Shown here one piece after another: positions 60,784 through 64,000 of a stretch of 64,000 nucleotides of DNA; within the stretch, counting starts at the first letter, position 1; each line of letters opens with the position of its first letter. This DNA comes from Spirulina sp. (lineage in GTDB: Bacteria; Cyanobacteriota; Cyanobacteriia; Phormidesmidales; Phormidesmidaceae), in the NCBI GenBank assembly GCA_044070495.1, contig JBIPSI010000023.1, forward strand, positions 1 through 64,000. The letters are read 5' to 3'. A program made the position numbers and the translations under genes. The notes under the pieces were generated by a model. It was not told where the DNA came from. It made no database searches and saw only the letters and a program-made list of their open reading frames with translations.

Positions 60784-62184
60784 ATGATTGACTCCCCAAA
60801 CGCTGTGTTTCAACCCCTCGCCGATCTCGACATTGAAGATTTTCCCGGCTATGCGGGGCGTCGCCGTAAGGCGGCGCTCACCCTCACGTTGCTCTGGGGG
60901 AGTACCGTGGCGCTTCACCTGTTGTCCTGGGGAAGTTGGGTCATCCTCGGGTTAATGGCGGTGCTGTCTACCCACGCCCTGCGGGTGTTGCTGGCCCGCC
61001 CTCGCCTGGGGCCAACGCCGCTGCCGCCCCCGTCCTTGGCCGATCACCCTGAAGCCGCTCATGCTAGTTCCAACCCCAGCCTTTGGCCCTACGTATCGCT
61101 GCTGGTGGCCGCTAAAAATGAGGAGGCGGTCATCCAGCGCCTCGTCACTGCCCTCTGCAATCTGGACTATCCCACCCACCGCTACGAGGTGTGGATCATC
61201 GACGACTACAGCACCGATGGCACCGCCCAGCGCCTCCAGGAACTCCGCCAGCGCTATCCTCAACTGCGGGTGCTGCACCGGGCCGCCAACGCCACCGGGG
61301 GCAAATCCGGTGCCCTCAACCAAGTCTGGCCCGACACCCAGGGCGACATTATCGGCGTGTTCGATGCCGATGCCCAGGTGCCGAAGGATCTGTTGCGCCA
61401 CATTGTGCCCATGTTTGCGGCGGAACAGGTGGGGGCCGTGCAGATGCAGAAGGCCATCGTCAACCGCGCCAAGAATTGGCTCACCCGGGGTCAACAGGCG
61501 GAAATGGCCCTCGATACCTATTTTCAGCAGCAGCGCATTGCCCTAGACGGTATTGGTGAACTGCGGGGCAACGGCCAATTTGTACGGCGTAGCGCCCTCA
61601 GGCAGTGCGGCGGCTGGAACGAGGAAACCATCACCGACGACCTCGACCTCACCCTGCGGCTCCACTTTAGCGGCTGGGATATTGAGTTTATGCTGCACCC
61701 CGCCGTAGACGAAGAGGGCGTTGAACGGCCCATGGCCCTGTGGCACCAGCGTAACCGTTGGGCCGAGGGCGGTTATCAGCGCTATCTCGACTATTGGCGC
61801 TTTCTGGCCAACAGCCGCCTTACCCCCGGCAAAACCCTCGATATGGCGGCCTTCTGGCTGATTCAGTACGGTCTGCCTACCGTGGCCCTGCCCGACTTTG
61901 TCATGGCCCTGCTGCGCCACCGATTGCCCGTATTTTTGCCCGTCTCCGGCCTCGCCCTCACCCTGTCGATGGTGGGCATGTACTGCGGCCTGCGACGCAC
62001 CCAACGACAACCCCGTTGGGCCAGCGCCCTGCTGACGGTGTGGGGCAACCTGTACATGCTCCACTGGCTGCTGGTGATTTCCACCATGGCCCTACGGCTA
62101 TCGGTGCGGCCCAAACGCCTGCGCTGGGTCAAAACCGTTCACCAAGGCGTGGAGGACGAGCTTCAGGTGGATGGCTCGGTCTAG
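60784..62184 (+). CDS. mgdA: GT2 glycosyltransferase, monoglucosyldiacylglycerol synthase
   Basis: GRRRKAA N-terminus, GGKSGALN, FDAD, TDDLD, QRNRWAEGG (QxxRW), WVKTVH. Confidence 0.8.
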   Translation: MIDSPNAVFQPLADLDIEDFPGYAGRRRKAALTLTLLWGSTVALHLLSWGSWVILGLMAVLSTHALRVLLARPRLGPTPLPPPSLADHPEAAHASSNPSLWPYVSLLVAAKNEEAVIQRLVTALCNLDYPTHRYEVWIIDDYSTDGTAQRLQELRQRYPQLRVLHRAANATGGKSGALNQVWPDTQGDIIGVFDADAQVPKDLLRHIVPMFAAEQVGAVQMQKAIVNRAKNWLTRGQQAEMALDTYFQQQRIALDGIGELRGNGQFVRRSALRQCGGWNEETITDDLDLTLRLHFSGWDIEFMLHPAVDEEGVERPMALWHQRNRWAEGGYQRYLDYWRFLANSRLTPGKTLDMAAFWLIQYGLPTVALPDFVMALLRHRLPVFLPVSGLALTLSMVGMYCGLRRTQRQPRWASALLTVWGNLYMLHWLLVISTMALRLSVRPKRLRWVKTVHQGVEDELQVDGSV

Positions 62185-62406
62185 CCCTGCGGTACAGCCG
62201 GGTTGGCCTAGACCAAGGTTGACGGGATCAGGCTCCACGGAGGAAAGGATCTCCGACCTTTCATCTAGCCTCTTCATCTCAAGGTAGCTAGGCTTCTGGC
62301 GTCAATGGCCTCAGCTATGGCGCGGCCCTAACCACGCCGTATGCCCCATCGCTATGATTTGATAAGATCCTCCTTGCCCAAAAGCCCTCACCCAGGACAT
62401 TGCCCC

Positions 62407-63282
62407 ATGTCAGTCACTACCACGCCCACGCCCTGGCACCTTCGAGATCGCACCTTTGCCTGGGGTAGCCGCACCTACATCATGGGTGTTTTGAACGTGA
62501 CGCCGGACAGCTTCAGCGATGGCGGCCAGTTCAATACCGTAGAACGGGCGGTGGAACAGGCGCGACACCTCGTCCACAACGGTACCGATATCGTGGATAT
62601 TGGCGGACAGTCTACCCGTCCGGGGTCGGAGTCCATCTCCAGGGAAGAGGAACTCAACCGAGTGATCCCCGTCATCGAAGCCATTCGGGCCGATGGGGAT
62701 GAGGCCCTCAGCCAAGCGGTGATTTCCGTGGATACCACCCGTTCCGCCGTGGCCAGGGCAGCGGTGAAGGCCGGGGCCGATGTGGTGAACGATATTTCCG
62801 GCGGCACCTACGACCGCGCTATGCTTTCCACCGTGGCCGATCTGGGCGTACCCGTGATTCTCATGCACCTGCGCGGCACCCCCGCCACCATGCAGCAGCA
62901 TACGGATTATCAGGATTTGATTGGTGATATTTATGAATTTCTAGAACGCCGCATCGAAGACGCCATTGCCGTAGGAGTCAAACCCAGCCAAATTGCCATC
63001 GATCCAGGCATCGGCTTTGCCAAAACCTATCCCCAAAACATCGAAATTCTGCGTAATCTAGGCAAATTCCGCGAGCTAGACTGTCCCCTGTTGGTGGGGC
63101 CATCCCGCAAGAGCTTCATCGGCTGGATTCTTGACCAACCCGATGCCCAAAAGCGAGTGTGGGGCACGTCGGCGGCCTGCTGTGCCGCCATTGCGGGTGG
63201 AGCCGATCTGCTCCGAGTCCACGATGGGGCAGAAATGTATGATGTCTGTCGGGTCGCTGATGCAATCTGGCGGGCGGCTTAG
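62407..63282 (+). CDS. folP: Dihydropteroate synthase
   Basis: MGVLNVTPDSFSDGG, DIGGQSTRPG, DPGIGF, SRKSF, RVHD. Confidence 0.97.
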   Translation: MSVTTTPTPWHLRDRTFAWGSRTYIMGVLNVTPDSFSDGGQFNTVERAVEQARHLVHNGTDIVDIGGQSTRPGSESISREEELNRVIPVIEAIRADGDEALSQAVISVDTTRSAVARAAVKAGADVVNDISGGTYDRAMLSTVADLGVPVILMHLRGTPATMQQHTDYQDLIGDIYEFLERRIEDAIAVGVKPSQIAIDPGIGFAKTYPQNIEILRNLGKFRELDCPLLVGPSRKSFIGWILDQPDAQKRVWGTSAACCAAIAGGADLLRVHDGAEMYDVCRVADAIWRAA

Positions 63283-63378
63283 GACTATCGGGATGACTTC
63301 AGGTTCCCTTCGGAGAATCTGAGACAGCGCTAGACTCTTTGACCGTTCGGCTACTCTCAAGGTTAGGATTTCACCCCC

Positions 63379-63858
63379 ATGTCAACGGAACTGATTACGT
63401 GGCTCGTCGTGGTGCTGGGCATTTTGGGCTTTGGCATGGGGTCGATGCTGGTGGCCTATCGTCGGCCAGCGGGGGCGGCGGTGCTGTTTCCGGCCCCGGT
63501 AACGGAGTTATCCATGCCCATGACAGAACGGGCTAGAACGCTGTTTCAGGCTGGGTTAGCAGACTTTGAACGGGGACACTACGCCAAAGCCATCGGTCAA
63601 TTTAGTGAGGTGATCGCACTGGAACCCACCTGTGCCGAAGCCCTTCACAACGGTGGGCTCGCCTACGCCAACCTGGGTAACGATAACCTGGCAGTGCCAG
63701 CCCTCGTTCAGGCCAGCGACCGCTACGACCAGCAGGGCACCAAATCAGGCCTGGATCGGGTGAAGTACGCCCTGGAGCAGGTGGCCGCACGGCAAAATCA
63801 ACGACGCGCCGCTAAGGATCAGGCCGGACAGGCTCAGGCAGGAAACATCCGTGGCTAA
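63379..63858 (+). CDS. Membrane-anchored TPR protein
   Basis: N-terminal TM helix and TPR helices (AIGQF..VI.L.P..AEA.HN.GLAY). Confidence 0.8.
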   Translation: MSTELITWLVVVLGILGFGMGSMLVAYRRPAGAAVLFPAPVTELSMPMTERARTLFQAGLADFERGHYAKAIGQFSEVIALEPTCAEALHNGGLAYANLGNDNLAVPALVQASDRYDQQGTKSGLDRVKYALEQVAARQNQRRAAKDQAGQAQAGNIRG

Positions 63859-64000
63859 GCAGCGGCTCGATGTACTCTTGGTGGAACGGGGGCTATGTCC
63901 CTCCCGGCAGCAGGCCCAGCGCTGGATTCAGGCCGGAGAGGTGCAGGTGAACCATGCGGTGGTGGATAAACCCGGCACCCCCGTGGCCGAGGATGCGGAG
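63851..64000 (+). CDS. tlyA: TlyA family RNA methyltransferase (partial, 5' end)
   Basis: GTG start, [35 protein letters not shown]4 domain; runs off the window. Confidence 0.8.
   Translation, partial: MAKQRLDVLLVERGLCPSRQQAQRWIQAGEVQVNHAVVDKPGTPVAEDAE

Overview
Cyanobacterial chromosome segment of roughly 55-60% GC. Gene content (PAM68, EbsA, XisI, Uma2, HetZ-related protein, MgdA, GghA) and repeat style suggest a filamentous Leptolyngbya/Nodosilinea-like organism; that placement is inference. Most of the window is housekeeping genes: ilvA, coaD-cdv3-ruvA, rpsO, dnaK-dnaJ, tRNA-Leu(TAG), treZ-treY-treH, pyrC, phosphoketolase, fabD/plsC, gghA, asnB, mgdA, folP. Two regions stand out. (1) Positions 1-2230 are the AT-rich 3' end of an integron cassette array. 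It has three 86-87 bp attC sites enclosing a stand-alone Zn-deaminase with an unknown C-terminal domain and a HEPN-like/Zn-ribbon protein, both candidate anti-phage genes. A frameshifted integron-integrase remnant with a possible empty attI lies 33 kb away (35.1-35.4 kb). (2) At 51.7-53.6 kb a TrcR-like ribbon-helix-helix repressor sits divergent from a clear sigma70 promoter overlapped by a TrcR-type operator. The promoter drives a ~1.1 kb leader into an alr0857-family gene. I find no intact tRNA in this leader. Instead it holds 13 tandem 15-nt units resembling tRNA T-arm hairpins, a second 8 x 16-nt tandem array and an SD-preceded ORF. Also noted: a DnaK with a ~290-aa low-complexity tail, MITE/REP-like elements (one with a 9-bp target-site duplication), and abundant CCTAGG with no HIP1 noticed. 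All calls are from motif recognition by eye; no searches were run.
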